Positions 24,728 through 37,455 of a DNA stretch of 64,000 bases are shown piece after piece; positions within the stretch are counted from its first letter, which is position 1, and each line of letters starts with the position of its first letter. The DNA lies in contig OZ316894.1 in assembly GCA_973895155.1 (NCBI GenBank), positions 17,886,563 through 17,950,562 on the forward strand, given 5' to 3'. The notes below the pieces were generated by a model, which was given only the letters and a program-made list of their open reading frames with translations, was not told the DNA's origin and made no database searches. This DNA comes from Marsupella aquatica. Its lineage: Eukaryota > Plantae > Marchantiophyta. The position numbers and the translations under genes were made by a program.

Positions 24728-26108
24728 AACGCAAGACCTGACGAAACTTTGGTCCCTTTCTTTCCGTGGGGAGTAGGAAGACAGAGGAGCACCATTTAAT
24801 CAGTTTGGGTTTCCTGACGCCAGGGTGCCTTTGAGGCGCTACACTTGGCTCTTGAAGCACTCTTGTTTAGAGTTCCAGAAGAGAGATTCCTGCCCCTCAC
24901 AGTTAACTCGAGAAGTGCCCTGACTGATCAGACGCCAATTATGGTTTAAATAATCTGTACCGAACTCGAGAACATAGGCTGTGTCGAGTAAAGAAGTAAA
25001 TGCCCAACGGCTACATTTCCCGTACAGGTTGCTTGGTGCATCCATTGGGCCGGAGGGACTCATAGCACAGGCTCACATGACCAGGCATATACCTCCTAAT
25101 TATTCATCTTTATCTGTATGAGCCATATTATTCCCAAAACTGTGTACCGAGAATTTCAATTAAATCCATGATATTCTTTTGCGATGTTGCCTAATGCAGT
25201 TAAACCCTTTAGAGTGGAGTCAGTTTTGGTTCTTCAGATAAAGATTGAGAGTTGTAGGCAGCTTCTTGTGACATTTATTCCCCTCAAAACACATACAAAA
25301 CGGTTTCAATGGTATGGGTAAGAAGCATCCCAAAGAATGACAGAAGATGAATCATAGTCCCCGTCCCACAGTAGAGTTGCATGAATTCTGTGTAAACCCT
25401 CGTAGGTTCTTTGGGAGCTCACGCTTGACGGGAAAAACGAAATTCCAAACCCAAACCCAAATCAAACTCCAAACCCTCGTGAGTTCTCTCTTTGGAATGT
25501 CGTCCTTCTCAGGAAGAATGTCATCAAAAGAATGAACCCGAGGGGATACGCATGAGTTGTCTAGAGCATCCTAGGGGAGGTTTTGAAGATTCAACCTGAA
25601 CCTGCTCGAGCCGAACCAGATTGAACCAACCCATCCATTGACATTGGCTGAAGCGCTGCCGAAACCTGAAGAGCACAAAACACCTCACTTGAGCCTCAAA
25701 CCATAACTAAGTTATTGAAGCCAACCAACATCTCGGGTATCCAACGACTGCCAAAAACTTGCTATCAAGCCGTGAAGTTAAGCAATCAAACTCAATTGCA
25801 AGATGCAAACATTTTAGCTAAATAACTAAATCTTTCAAAGAACAGTTGAAATTGTCCAATTTGCAGCCCAATGCATTACAACACAGACATTCTCAGACAA
25901 GTATCTACTTTTCATCACACATTTACGACAAACATCGTCAGCTTCTTCCACAGCAGAGCAATCTCTTTGCACGACATCAATCAAATTGAATTTACAGGAG
26001 GAACCTAGACGGGTTGCAGGCCGTGCTGCATAGGCCGGAGAACAGGAATGATCAATGCATGATAGACTCTCTTGGGCAGCAGAAAAAGTTTGTAAGAAGA
26101 AGAAGAAA

Positions 26109-26720
26109 TCAAATGAATTGACAGACATATTTGCTGCTGGAGTTCTCCTGTCGCTTGTAGCTTTTGTTGTCGACGCCCTTGTTGTGGTTGCTGTTTTGGG
26201 AGGAATGACATTGGCAAATATTAATGCCCGCCATCTGAAAAGAAGAGATAGCAGAGGCTGCTTGCGAAGGAGAAGACGACGACAACAGCAGCTCCTCCCT
26301 GTTCGGCCCACCGTTGTTGTTGTTGTACTCGTTGGCACTGCAGATCGCTTGATTTGCTTGCGACCCCCGAATCGCCTTGTGCAATTGGAGATGGCTGTTT
26401 TCATGCTCCTTGCCACGGCCCGCCGGGTACCAGTGCGTTTTCCAGAATTTGTAGGGAATCACGGTCTTCAAAGTATGCCCGTCACACCAGAAGCCCCACC
26501 TTGTGTCCTCCTGTTTGCTCACCGGCTGGTACTCGATCTCCACTTCTTCGGCGTACTCGTTGTAGACGTGCAGGATCAGGTTGGCCACTCCATCGCCATC
26601 GCGGTCGTCGTCATCATCGTCGTCGTCGTAGTAGACGTCTCTGTTGTTGCTGCCGATGATGCTTCTTCTGATCGGGGGTGGTCTCGGTGGCCCGATTTCA
26701 ATTCCCCCGTCCTTAAGCTG
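26109..26720 (-). CDS. Putative exon of an unknown protein (poly-Asp/Asn/Ser tracts, Trp-rich core)
   Basis: 224-codon open frame. Acceptor-like TGTGCAGTGCAG precedes LKDGG. A possible further exon lies at ~27860-27976. Family not recognised. Confidence 0.35.
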   Translation of the reverse strand, partial: QLKDGGIEIGPPRPPPIRRSIIGSNNRDVYYDDDDDDDDRDGDGVANLILHVYNEYAEEVEIEYQPVSKQEDTRWGFWCDGHTLKTVIPYKFWKTHWYPAGRGKEHENSHLQLHKAIRGSQANQAICSANEYNNNNGGPNREELLLSSSSPSQAASAISSFQMAGINICQCHSSQNSNHNKGVDNKSYKRQENSSSKYVCQFI

Positions 26721-28196
26721 CACTGCACAGAAGATGTGAGGGCTCAGAACTGAACTTGAAATGGATTTCCAAGTTGTCCTCAAATGAAGAATTATCGAGG
26801 GAAAACAATGTCAACAGTTGTATCGTATCTCAACAATACCAGTCCGAAATTGTTGATTAAGAAGAAAAATATGCTGTGATTGTTCAACGCGCGCAGAAGG
26901 GAACCGTACTCAATCCATCGATCGAATGAGCTTAAAAGAGCGGTATCCCAAATTTCTTTGGAATGCACACAAAATTAAGAGAACTTGAAACATACTTATT
27001 GGCCCTAAATTGATGACTCAGAAAGAGTTTCTTATCATGCAAAGCAGACAGGGATGGAAATCAATCCATCGAGCCGAAGAGCTTAATTGAGAGATTTTTT
27101 CGGTATCATATAGATTTTCCGTCCTTGAGCTCAAATGGAACGCGCAGACGAATCTGTTGCCCTGGTCATTAAGAAAACAGAATTTCTAATCGTCGAAAGC
27201 GGCAGGTGATGTGTTTAACATCAATGTCCGGTCAAATGTCTGGCATCAAAACAATTGCCAGTTCTTTCGTGCTGCACCAGACGCACAAGAGGAGGAGAAT
27301 ATATCCCCAACCAAGTTTTACATAACGGTGACTCGAAATTGACATCCTGGCTATTTCGCCGTGAATTGAAGACGTTCGACAGGAATCAATGTGCTCTCAG
27401 ATATCTTCGCATTCAAGACGTATTGAATGTCCCTGAAACTTCAACAAGAATTTTCTGGTATCAATCAGATATCTTCTCGTTCACAATGAATTGATCATCT
27501 GTGAGGCGCCTCGAATACATAGGACAAATCAAGTTCGCTCGACAACTATGGATATCACAGACAGCCTGCTTTTGGAGTGACTTCGCGAGAGAGGGAGGGA
27601 AAAATACTGTTAAGGTCAGCGATGAAATGTAACAATTAACAATGGCCCTTTCTTGGTCACATTTAGCAACAATTTTGAGTTTCATTCGTCAACCTCCAAA
27701 GTCTATTTGACAACCAGGACGAAGCTGCTCAACATCTCCACGTCGATGCTTCAGCGGAAATGGGGACGGACTCAATCACGCACGCATGGAGGACAGACAG
27801 AGACGAAACTGGAATTGAAAATGAGTATACAAAACGTATGTACATCTGATGGAAACTAGCTTGTAATCAACGGGGAAACCATTCAACAACACATCTGCCA
27901 TATCGAGTTCCATTCTCGCTATTTCTCCGATGAATCTACGATTCTCTCGTATGCCACAGATCGTAACGATGCGCACAGTGATATCGATCCTCCTGGCTCA
28001 GCAGGCAAAGCTCCGCCCTGGCGCGGGCTAAACAAATTATTCGTTTTCTCATTCTCATTGTTGCATTTTTACTTACCAGCCAGCCAGCCAGCCCCCTCGC
28101 CTGTCTTGGCAGTTGATCAGTCGCCTAATTCTCCGCCGCCGGTCCATCAGCAAAACAATTCCCACGAACTATCACCTAGAAACTTTAAACACCAGC

Positions 28197-29217
28197 TTCA
28201 TTGCGTTGTCTTCCTGATGCAGTCTCGCCAACAACCAATATAACCTGATTCTCTCGCACAATCTGCAGTGTCCACAGACATTGGACAGGAAAGGAAAAGT
28301 CGGCCTTAATAGATAGTAACCTACAACATAATTCACATCACATTGTGCAGTTCAAGGGGTAATAATGACAAGATATCGATTCCAGGAGAACTAATGCAAT
28401 GTCAGTTAGAAGTCAGTTAGCGCTGCTTAAGAGACTTGTGTCTCTTAAGTCCCGCACACTGTCCAGTCATCAGAATGTCTGGGTTACCGACAGAAAAAGT
28501 TGGAACTGTGTCTTATTGAGGACCGTCTTAAATTTTCGAATTGAAGCTCCACCACTTTCAAGGTTCTCCCAGGAACTATCCTATTTGTATTGACAGTGAA
28601 AATCAACTTCATAATGACCACAGAGAGGTAGAATGTTTACTTGGAATAGTTCATCTCGCACTGAGAACATGGGGAGATATTGCAGTTGCTCTTTCAATGT
28701 TTTTGACTTTGAAAAATCACTTGCTGCTTCTTCTTTCTCTTCATGTGGGTTGCAAACTTAGCATTTTCCTTCGAGTGTACCACACCCTCTGCCCCAACAT
28801 CTTGTATTTCGGCATCAATCTGCTACAATTGCATTCAGTATGACTTGTAAGGTGAATTATACAACGGCTCAACAATATGAGTAGACAAGGTATCTAAAAT
28901 TCTCGAAGTATCATAGGATGCGCAATCACAGCCTACTTTCAAACTAACAGACACACCTAGTCCAAGTTTAAACAAAACTCTAAATTCAAATACCTGTTCT
29001 TTAATCTTTTCATCACCAAGAAGATTGCCAAGTTTGGAACCAGCAAGCTCCCAGAATCGCTGCCGGGACTTATTCTGACTGTGTTCCTCTCGTACTTCTC
29101 GCAGAAAAGCTGATCCCTTCCTTGCAATGACGGCCCTGTTTTTGTGGGGTCTTTGACGGGTAGAACGAGCTCAGCTTGCTTCGCGTACCTTCCGTCCAGA
29201 AATGGTGGTTTCGTGTC
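28197..29217 (-). pseudogene. PRP16: Intron-containing fragment of the PRP16/DHX38 DEAH-box splicing helicase
   Basis: DTKPPFLDGR..KQAE.VLPVKDPT; frameshifted ARKGS..REVRE..SQNKSRQRFWELAGSKLGNLLG; KFATHMK..SDFSKSKTLKEQLQYLPMFSVRDEL; IVRENQVILVVGETASG-KTTQ, where the Walker A motif carries a 1-bp deletion. Confidence 0.85.
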
Positions 29218-30188
29218 TATTATAGCACAATCCCCACAACTCAAGGGAGCTCTAGATTGTCTGAGAACTTGAACTTGCCGTATTGCTTCCCTTGCATGGC
29301 AAATCAAATATCAGAAAGGAAGAGGACAACAACAACACACATATGTACTAGAAGTATAACGATTCTCATCTTCATCATCAAACTCTGTTTGCAGCTCTGT
29401 TCCACGCACAGCCGCAGATCGAAGAAGCTGCCGGCCCTCCCACTGTGCATCATCAGCACTTAACTGGGACAGCACCGGAACGTCGTACCATCTCTAAGAG
29501 TGCTCACTATGGCCCCCGATCCGAGATCCACACCTGGGTTGCAGCCGTCGGCCGCGCAGCAACGGATTCGAGTACAGCACCGACCATCGTAGCGGAACCC
29601 CCGGCCATCTCCAGCAACAATAACAACAGCTGAAACGAACTGGTAACACAGTCGCAACCCAACTCTTGCCCTGCTCTGCTCCGCTCTTCTTGGCCGAGAG
29701 CAACGCCTCAACAAAACCTGCCTCCGATGATTCTCCTGGTATCACTGTACTCTAAACTTCAGCCCCAGCAAGCACATTCCGCCGTTTTCTTCTCATGCAC
29801 CTAAATCTTCTTCGTCTCCTACTGAGATGGTTGTTTTCTCTGGTTGTTTTCTCTGCTGATGCGATTACCGCCTTAAAGTTTTGACCTCTCGGTTGGAGCA
29901 AATTTGGTTACTGTCATATCTAAACATCAAGTATGCTTTCAAGGTTCCTCCCTTGCATGTCTTACGGAATGGCCTAATTCTTCCTTTGTTCCAGAGGAAC
30001 GTAATTGGGTTACTGTACCGCAGTTCTGACCAAATATAATAACTTGCTGCGGCGAGATTCTGTTTCTTAAGTAAGCACTGTATCTAAGAATAACCCTTAG
30101 GTGATGAGTGTTATGCACCTGTGGTGTAGAAATTAAGCCATCTTGAAAATCTCTATCCCAGAGGTTACTTACGTCTGTTTGGCTACAG

Positions 30189-32063
30189 ATACTCAGGAAG
30201 GCAGAGTTCTTGAATCCTGGAGGATCGGGTGGCAGTGAGCATCATTGAGGAGGTCTGTCACTCAGAGTAACAACACCGGTGCAATCTTCGTCTGTGTTAG
30301 GCTCAAACGTGAAGAGATTGGTTTTTGTTGGCAAGAATATGTTTTCTCCTGAATTCGACAAGGGCCCGTCTTTCTCATTAGCAATTCAACTAAAACACGG
30401 CAGTGAATGCATATCATTGGCTAATCTTGAGATAACTTCTACTAAAATTTGGTTTGAGGAATTGTGTGTATTATAGAAACCGAAGTTCAATTGTAAGATT
30501 ATTTGAATGACTGGACAAGAACACTACTTTCAGGAGAGTTTCCAGCACTTGTTTTGGCATTGTTGCTTCGTTTCTCCTTACGGATGTCATTTTTGTATCA
30601 TTATATGTTATAACCTGACTATTGTCTTTCTTGCTGTGTCGAATCTTTTAATATGGATATGTTCCTACGTGATTGGTACTTTGGTTGAACTCCTTCAGGG
30701 TCAGCTATTACCCACTGTTGAGCGTGTAAGGTCAGTTTCAATCTCACACAAGGAACACTCTGTGAACATTGCAAGGCGGAGGGCAATGGAAGCTAACATG
30801 TCCACGAACCAGACCGGAAGTCAAATTTCAGAACTGGCTGCGTTATGTAAAAGCTGAAATGGCCGGTTGTAGCGGGATTGTAGATCAACGTGAGACAAGA
30901 AATCAAGGGAGGTGAACTATATACAGAAATGAAGGAGTAGAGAAGGACGCCAATCTAAACAACCAGGAAAATAATGAGGAAGGATTTTTCGCCGAGCAGT
31001 TTGAGAACCCAGCAAATTTTAGGGCTCATTATGAAGGCACAGGACCTGAGATATGGGCACAGACTGGTGGGGCTTTGCGTGCGTTCATGGCAGCTGCGAG
31101 TAGCGGGGGAGCAGTTGCAGGAATATCCTGCTTTCTCAAGGTGAGATTTGATTATCTATTCGGATCCCTTAACAAAGCTACTTGATGGGTGCCTGGTTTG
31201 TGGAGAGGTCCTAAAAAGGATTTAATAATTTATAGTCTTTATTGCTTGTTCCAAACGCCACTGTAGTAGATTTCAAAGCTTTGCAAATCACCTTGTGGTA
31301 TTTGACGAGGCTCAGAATGTTTCCTTGTCGTAGAAGGTCTTAAGTGCCTCCGATTGAACTGATGGGAAACTAGCCTAGCTGCAGGAACACAATTTTAATA
31401 TTAAGTGCCGCTTGAGTGACCCACCAGGGTCTGGTCTATTTAATCGGGTAACACTGGGTGTCATGTATACTCGCGAGGAAGCAGAGGGCAAGAGACTAAA
31501 AAAATCATTTTGACACTATCACAGAAGGTATTGGAATAAACCGTCTGACGCAAAATTTCAACCTTGCACAATTAGATGGAGCGTTTAGAGGCACAGATAG
31601 ATAAGCTGTGGAAATGTCAAGGTGCAACCCAGTTCTTAAAAACTCCCTCTCCATGGAGTCCGCGCTTGTGTATGGTAATAAGTGTCACTACACAACAACT
31701 CTGGTCAGTAACATTGGTCACGTTGTTATCGAATGCAGACATGAGTTCGTATAGAAGTAGGGGTCAGCCTGAGCGCATTAGTATTACTCAACTTCTGCTT
31801 AGATTACTTTTAAGCAGCGCTAAATGAGAACTGCTTGCGATGCAGGTTTTTGCTGAAAATTTGACGGATTGTTTATTGGCAGTTCCTCTGCGATGAATTG
31901 AGTTGGGGATGTTCGTCTGGCACGCTTGCTTCGCCCTGGCCACACCTTAGTAACAATACTGTGTGACAGTGGGTCTCGCCACCTTAGCAAATTCCAGAAT
32001 CCAGAGTATTCAGCTGCACATGGATTGACACCCTCTGCCAGTGAGCTGATTGTCGAAGGCTAA
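30189..32063 (+). pseudogene. Cysteine synthase-like (PLP-dependent, CysK2/cysteine synthase 2-type) pseudogene
   Basis: Exon remnants ILRKAEFLNPGG/DRVAVSIIEE; TVERVRSVSISHKEHSVNIARRRA; GFFAEQFENPANFRAHYEGTGPEIWAQTGG; DPPGSGLFNRVTLGVMYTREEAEGKRL; TEGIGINRLTQNF; GHTLVTILCDSGSRHLSKF. Multiple deletions, frameshifts and stops. Confidence 0.88.
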
Positions 32064-33879
32064 GGATGTCTTCGTTAGATCAAGTGTTCACAAATCTGAA
32101 AGAGAATGAAGGGAGAAGATCACTTCCAGGAGACCTGTTATTTTCTTACACTGTAGTTGCGAGATTAGTGACATTGTGATTGATTTCCCTCACAAGTCTC
32201 CAAGTCTGATGGCCTAAGATAAGACACTACTTTGCATTATTCTACCCAAGAACTAAAGATCATGTTCCTTCTTTTCTCTTCCAAAGAATGTTGAGCATAG
32301 ACGACATTTGTAACAGCAAGCCCATGAACCATCCAACGCACAATAGTCGACACAGAGAGATACGTGGTTCACCTCCACATGAGACTACGTCCACGGGAAT
32401 ACACAAGAGTTTTACTGCACTCTAGACTGACAGGCCATACCAAATATCCACAGCACAAGCTCTTCCTATCTCTCAACGAGCTCCGTAACAATGAGCCTAA
32501 GTTCCACCAGGGTCTGGCATCAGCCCTGGCTATATGCACAACAGCACTACCGCTAACATTAGCTAAGTCCTAACCCGAGTTAGACTAATTGTGGTTAGCT
32601 CATGAGTCACAAGACTAGAACAATATCTAACAAAGAATGGTAAAGTGACTTACCAGTTGGAAGAAATTGAGCCATAGCATAAAGTGCGAACCACTTGATT
32701 GGCAGAAGGATATTGTATTTGAACCATGCAAATCTCAAAGCATGATTGCAGGCATTCTTTCATCGTGTCTTTCCTACCGTTTCCGAGCGAGCAAAGTGGT
32801 CAGCGAGAGAAAGAGGGGGGATAGAAGTACAGCACTTGGCAGAGCCTAAGCTTGGGCTGAGGTCTTGTGTAGAATGCTGTCTTTTTGGTAACTATATTTG
32901 ATGTGCACTTGAAGAGAAAAAACTTGGCTGAGTTTATGCTTGTAGAATCTTTTGTTTGTAACTATAATCATCTGTAGTGCAAGAGAGTCATCCTTTTCGT
33001 TCGATGGCAGGATTGGGCAGCAAAGTATGGCATTAGTCCCAAGATGGTGGTAAGCCTAGGGGAAAGCATTGAGCTTGCTTTTCCACCTCAAACAAACAAG
33101 CATGTAGAGAGTTCGGAGCCATAAGTGAAGGTTGGAAAATGGCTTTTGTTATCCCAAGCATCACACACTTTGGTATTGCACAAACCACTAAGGTGGACAT
33201 CAAGGGGGATAATCTTTTTTTTTGTAGGGCTCTCATCGTATGACCCAGGTGGGTTTGTAGGTTTGTGTGTTTTGTTTGATGATTACAATTTGTATGGATT
33301 TAATTAGTTGTGATGTGGCCCAATGTACTTTCAATTTAATTCTTGAACCCCCCCCCCTTGACCCTTTCTTGAATGGACATTATTTTTCTTCTTAATTGCT
33401 AGACAAATTTGGGATCTTTGTAAATTATTTGACAATCAATAGCAAGTTTGACTTTTTGACAACAATCTAAATACACGTTAGCCTCCTTTCCTGTCAAGAA
33501 TTGTGATTCCTAATAGTTTTGTGTGATAAACCAATATCAGTCATTTATTCAGTTTCAAGATTTCACCTCTAGTCTATCAATTGGTGATCATTATATCTGG
33601 ATTAAAACCAAAAGTATAAATTTCTAACTTTTAACATTCTGATATTCAGATCTAAACGTATATAGTGTACTATTTGACCAGAAAATTGGGGCTTTATATT
33701 TGGCTTGTACATGTATTTTCAAACTTTGACAAATGAAAAAAATGTAAACATCAATATTGTATACAAGGCCCAATATAAGGAAACATGAATACTCTATCAA
33801 GCAACTTTGCTACAAAGAAAGGCATAAGAATACTTTAGATTGAGAGGTATTCCCTTCTGTCCCTATTCCAATTGAAATA

Positions 33880-35670
33880 AACACGATTTCGGACCGACCG
33901 AGAAGTGTGTCGGAGTTCTCGTTTAGCCCGATCCCGTTTTTTTTCTAAGGCAATGCAATGACCGATAAAACTGGCAAAAACTCTCCGAAACGCCATTTTC
34001 CTCCATTGCATCGCCGCGGGAATGCAGGGAGCGATACGTGCATCGGGTTTTACATTCCGTCAGTGAAAAAGTCCGAACTGCGAGTAACTTGGTCTGAACC
34101 GCGTAATCCAGGAACGACCATGCACTAACCCAGGTAAAGGGGAAACTTAACCATGGTTAAGGGGAAATTAACCATGGTTTAGAGCGTCTCCTATATAAAG
34201 AGGAGCGGGCTGCCCATAAAACGTTTGCTTTTGCCAGAGCAAATATCTCCTGACTGAGAGCGAATACCAAACTCCCATCGAGTCTTACATTCCTCCCAAG
34301 CGATTCGACTCTTTCTACCGAAAACCCGATAAATTTATCGGAACAGCCATTCCTGTTCAAGTTCTCCATGTAAGACTAACTAGTCATTTACTGTAAAATG
34401 TCCAGATCCGAGCGGACTGCGATAAATTTATCGCATTCTGCATTCCTCTATTGCAATCATTTGATCCAGTGTTTAGAGAGGTGTTGCCTTCATTCCGATA
34501 AATTTATCGGAGTCTTCATTCCTTTCATGGAAAGAGGAGTAATTGAGAATCCGATAAATTTATCGGAGTTGTCATTTTTGTGAAAGATTGAATTCAGGGC
34601 TTAGGTGTCTGAGGAAGTCATATTTTCAATTCGAATGCGGAGTGCGATAAACTTATCGCATCCTCCTGTGCGAAAAACTTATCGGCGGTGGCCCTTTTAT
34701 AGTGTATGTTGAGGGGTTGGCCCACGTGTCCACTTTTGATTGGCTGTCACCCTAAACGACAAAATAGCAGAAAAGGGTATATTTCTTGGATTTCCAATTT
34801 CATTCTCACACGTGCATCGTGGCAAAATTATATAGTTTTGAAATTGAAGCGATAAATTTATCTGATGTTGGTATTGCAAAAGTGGTTCCTTCATATGAAA
34901 GTTGCAATTTGAAATTGAAGCGATAAATTTATCTGATGTTGGTATTGCAAAAGTGGTTCCTTCATATGGAAGTTGCAATTTTGAAATTGAAGCGATAAAT
35001 TTATCTGATGTTGGTATTGCGAAGAGTTTTCTTCATATGGATAGGAATTTTAAAATTTAACCGATGAACCGAAGGATCTTAGTATTGTCGACTAGTATTT
35101 TTGTCGCCCGTAGTTTTCGCGATAATTTTATCGGACTGCGCATTGCTGTTGAAAGAATGGCATGTTGACTATGGTCACTTGCGGAGGTAACTGGTCAATT
35201 GCGGAGGTAACTGCAAGGTAAGTTTGACGAACCGTGCAGTAATTCTTATCGACTGTGATGTAAAATATTTTTGGTAAATATCCAAAAACTGAGAAAACTG
35301 AGATTGGGTCAGAGCTTTCATGGCTCAAATCTGGAGTCCGATACAGTTATCGCACTTGGCTCGAAACGTGGATATGGATTTATATATAAGACCTTTCATA
35401 TATCTTCAAAGAGCGTGAATATGAGGTTGAGGAGAAAGTTTTTCGGATCTAATTGTTCCTTGATAATATGAATGTTTGTTAGCATGAATTTCATTGGTTT
35501 TGATCATTATTAAATTTGCTGTTCCAATCCGAACTCCGATACGAATTACATTATTTCCCCAAAAATGTGTTTTTAATGAAAAAAACTGCCGATTTCGCGA
35601 GATTCGGCGGAAAATGAAAATACACTTCTCGTTTAGAGGAAATAGTTCTCGTTCGGTCCGAAATCGTGTT
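33880..35670. mobile_element. Non-autonomous TIR DNA transposon (~1.8 kb) with a 4-bp AATA target duplication
   Basis: TIR AACACGATTTCGGACCGACCGAGAA / TTCTCGTTCGGTCCGAAATCGTGTT; AATA at 33876-33879 and 35671-35674. Ten internal CGATAAATTTATCG-like palindromes and a 71-72-bp triple repeat at ~34840-35040. Confidence 0.85.
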
Positions 35671-35754
35671 AATAGCTAAAGCAGATCAACATTTGATACT
35701 ACTCTTAACATAATAAACATACAATTTGGCTAAAATCAAGAATATTACAAGTAA

Positions 35755-36895
35755 AGCCATAGTGGTGCACGGATTTGTAAAGGTCAATGTACTTCTTGAC
35801 AAGTTAAGGCATTCTGGTGCACACATCCGCAAGGCCGGTGTACTCTTTTACCCCAATTGTAACTTAAAATTGATAAGGTTACAAGTTAAGGCATTATGAT
35901 GCACACATCCGCAAGGGTCAGTGTATTGTTTGATCCCAATTGTAACTTTAAAATTGACAAGGTTACTAGTTAAGGCATTGTGGTGAACACATACGCAAGG
36001 GTCAGTGTACTGTTTGACCTCAATTGTAACTTTAAAATTGATAAGATTGCAAAGCAGAACATTCTAGTGAATACATCGCAAAGGTTGGCATCGTGTTTAA
36101 CCCAAATTGTAACTTTAAAATTGATAAGTTGGTACAAGTGAAGGCATTCAGGTGCATACCTTGGCAAGGGACATTGGTGTATTGTTTGCCCCCAATTATA
36201 ACTTTAATATTGATAAGGTTAGAAGTTAAGGCATTGTGATGCACACACCCGCAAGGGTCAGCGTACCCCAATTGTAACTTTAAAATTGACAAGGTTACAA
36301 GTTAAGGCATTCTAGTGCACACATTTGCAAAGGTCGGTTATTGTTTGACTTGAATTGTAACTTTAAAATGGAGAAGGTTGCAAGTTAGGACATTCTAGTG
36401 AACACATTGCTAAGGTTGGCGTAGTGTTTAACCCCAATTGTAGCTTTAAAATTGATAAGGTTAACACAAGTTAAGCCATTCTGGTGCACACATTGGCAAG
36501 GGACATCGGTGTACTGTTTGACCATAGTTATAACTTTAATATTGATAAGGTTAGAAGTTAAGGCATTCTGATGCACATCCGCAAGGGTCAGTATATTGTT
36601 TGATCCCAATTGTAACTTTAAAATTGACAAGGTTACAAGTTAAGGCATTCTGGTGCACACATATGCAACGTTCGTTGTGTAGTTTGACCTCAATTATAAC
36701 TTTAAAGTTGATAAAGTTAGCACAAAACACATCGGCAAGGGACATCAATGTACTGTTTGCTCGACTATTTGACCCCAATTATAGCTTTAATATTGATAAG
36801 GTTACAAGTTAAGGCATTCTTATGCACACATCCGCAAAGGTCGGTGTATTGTTTGACCCCAATTGTAACTTGAAAATTGACAAGGTTGCAAATTA
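35755..36895. repeat. Minisatellite, ~84-bp unit, ~13-14 degenerate copies
   Basis: Unit ACAAGTTAAGGCATTCTGGTGCACACATCCGCAAGGGTCAGTGTATTGTTTGACCCCAATTGTAACTTTAAAATTGATAAGGTT. Confidence 0.92.
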
Positions 36896-36998
36896 AAACT
36901 ATGAATGTGGTTGGCTTAGGGTTGACTTAATTCAAATAAAGTTGAGGTATACCTTTATTAGCGCTTCACTGATTTGCCCCACATTACTGGCCCATATT

Positions 36999-37455
36999 TA
37001 ATTACAGACCCCCATGGGAAGTTACTTCCAAATCCCTGGAAGCACTTGCAGCCACTATGGATATTAAAGGAACACCAATTAAGAAACCCTTTGGAAAAAG
37101 GAACACCAAGGGAACATAAGAAAACCTTTGACTCCTATGGATAAAGGAATACCAATTAAGAAACCCTTTGGAAAAGGAACACCAATGGAACATAAGAAAC
37201 ATTTTGACCACTATGGATAAAGGAATCCCAAAGGAATGTAATGAAGAAACACATTGGCTTCTATAGCATTTTGCATGGGCTCTATGGACATAGGAGTACC
37301 AAGGAAACGTTGTGCATACACTTCTTCCATGAATAACCTACTCATTTTTCTTCTCATCTCTATATTCAAATCTAATCCAATATACAACTCTTCATGTGTT
37401 CTAACTGAGTTATCGAATACCATCAAACTTACATAACCAAGGGGTCCTTGAACTA
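36999..37455. mobile_element. TAGTTACGGACCCC-family TIR element, copy B
   Basis: ATT|TAATTACAGACCCC ... GGGGTCCTTGAACTA|ATT, with internal CTATGGATAAAGGAATACCAA subrepeats. An inverted relative lies at 48753-49435. Confidence 0.7.

Noticed and set aside
24075-26753. Plus-strand ORFs 24075-24776 and 26055-26753
   Set aside because: These are antisense shadows of repetitive or low-complexity minus-strand ORFs.
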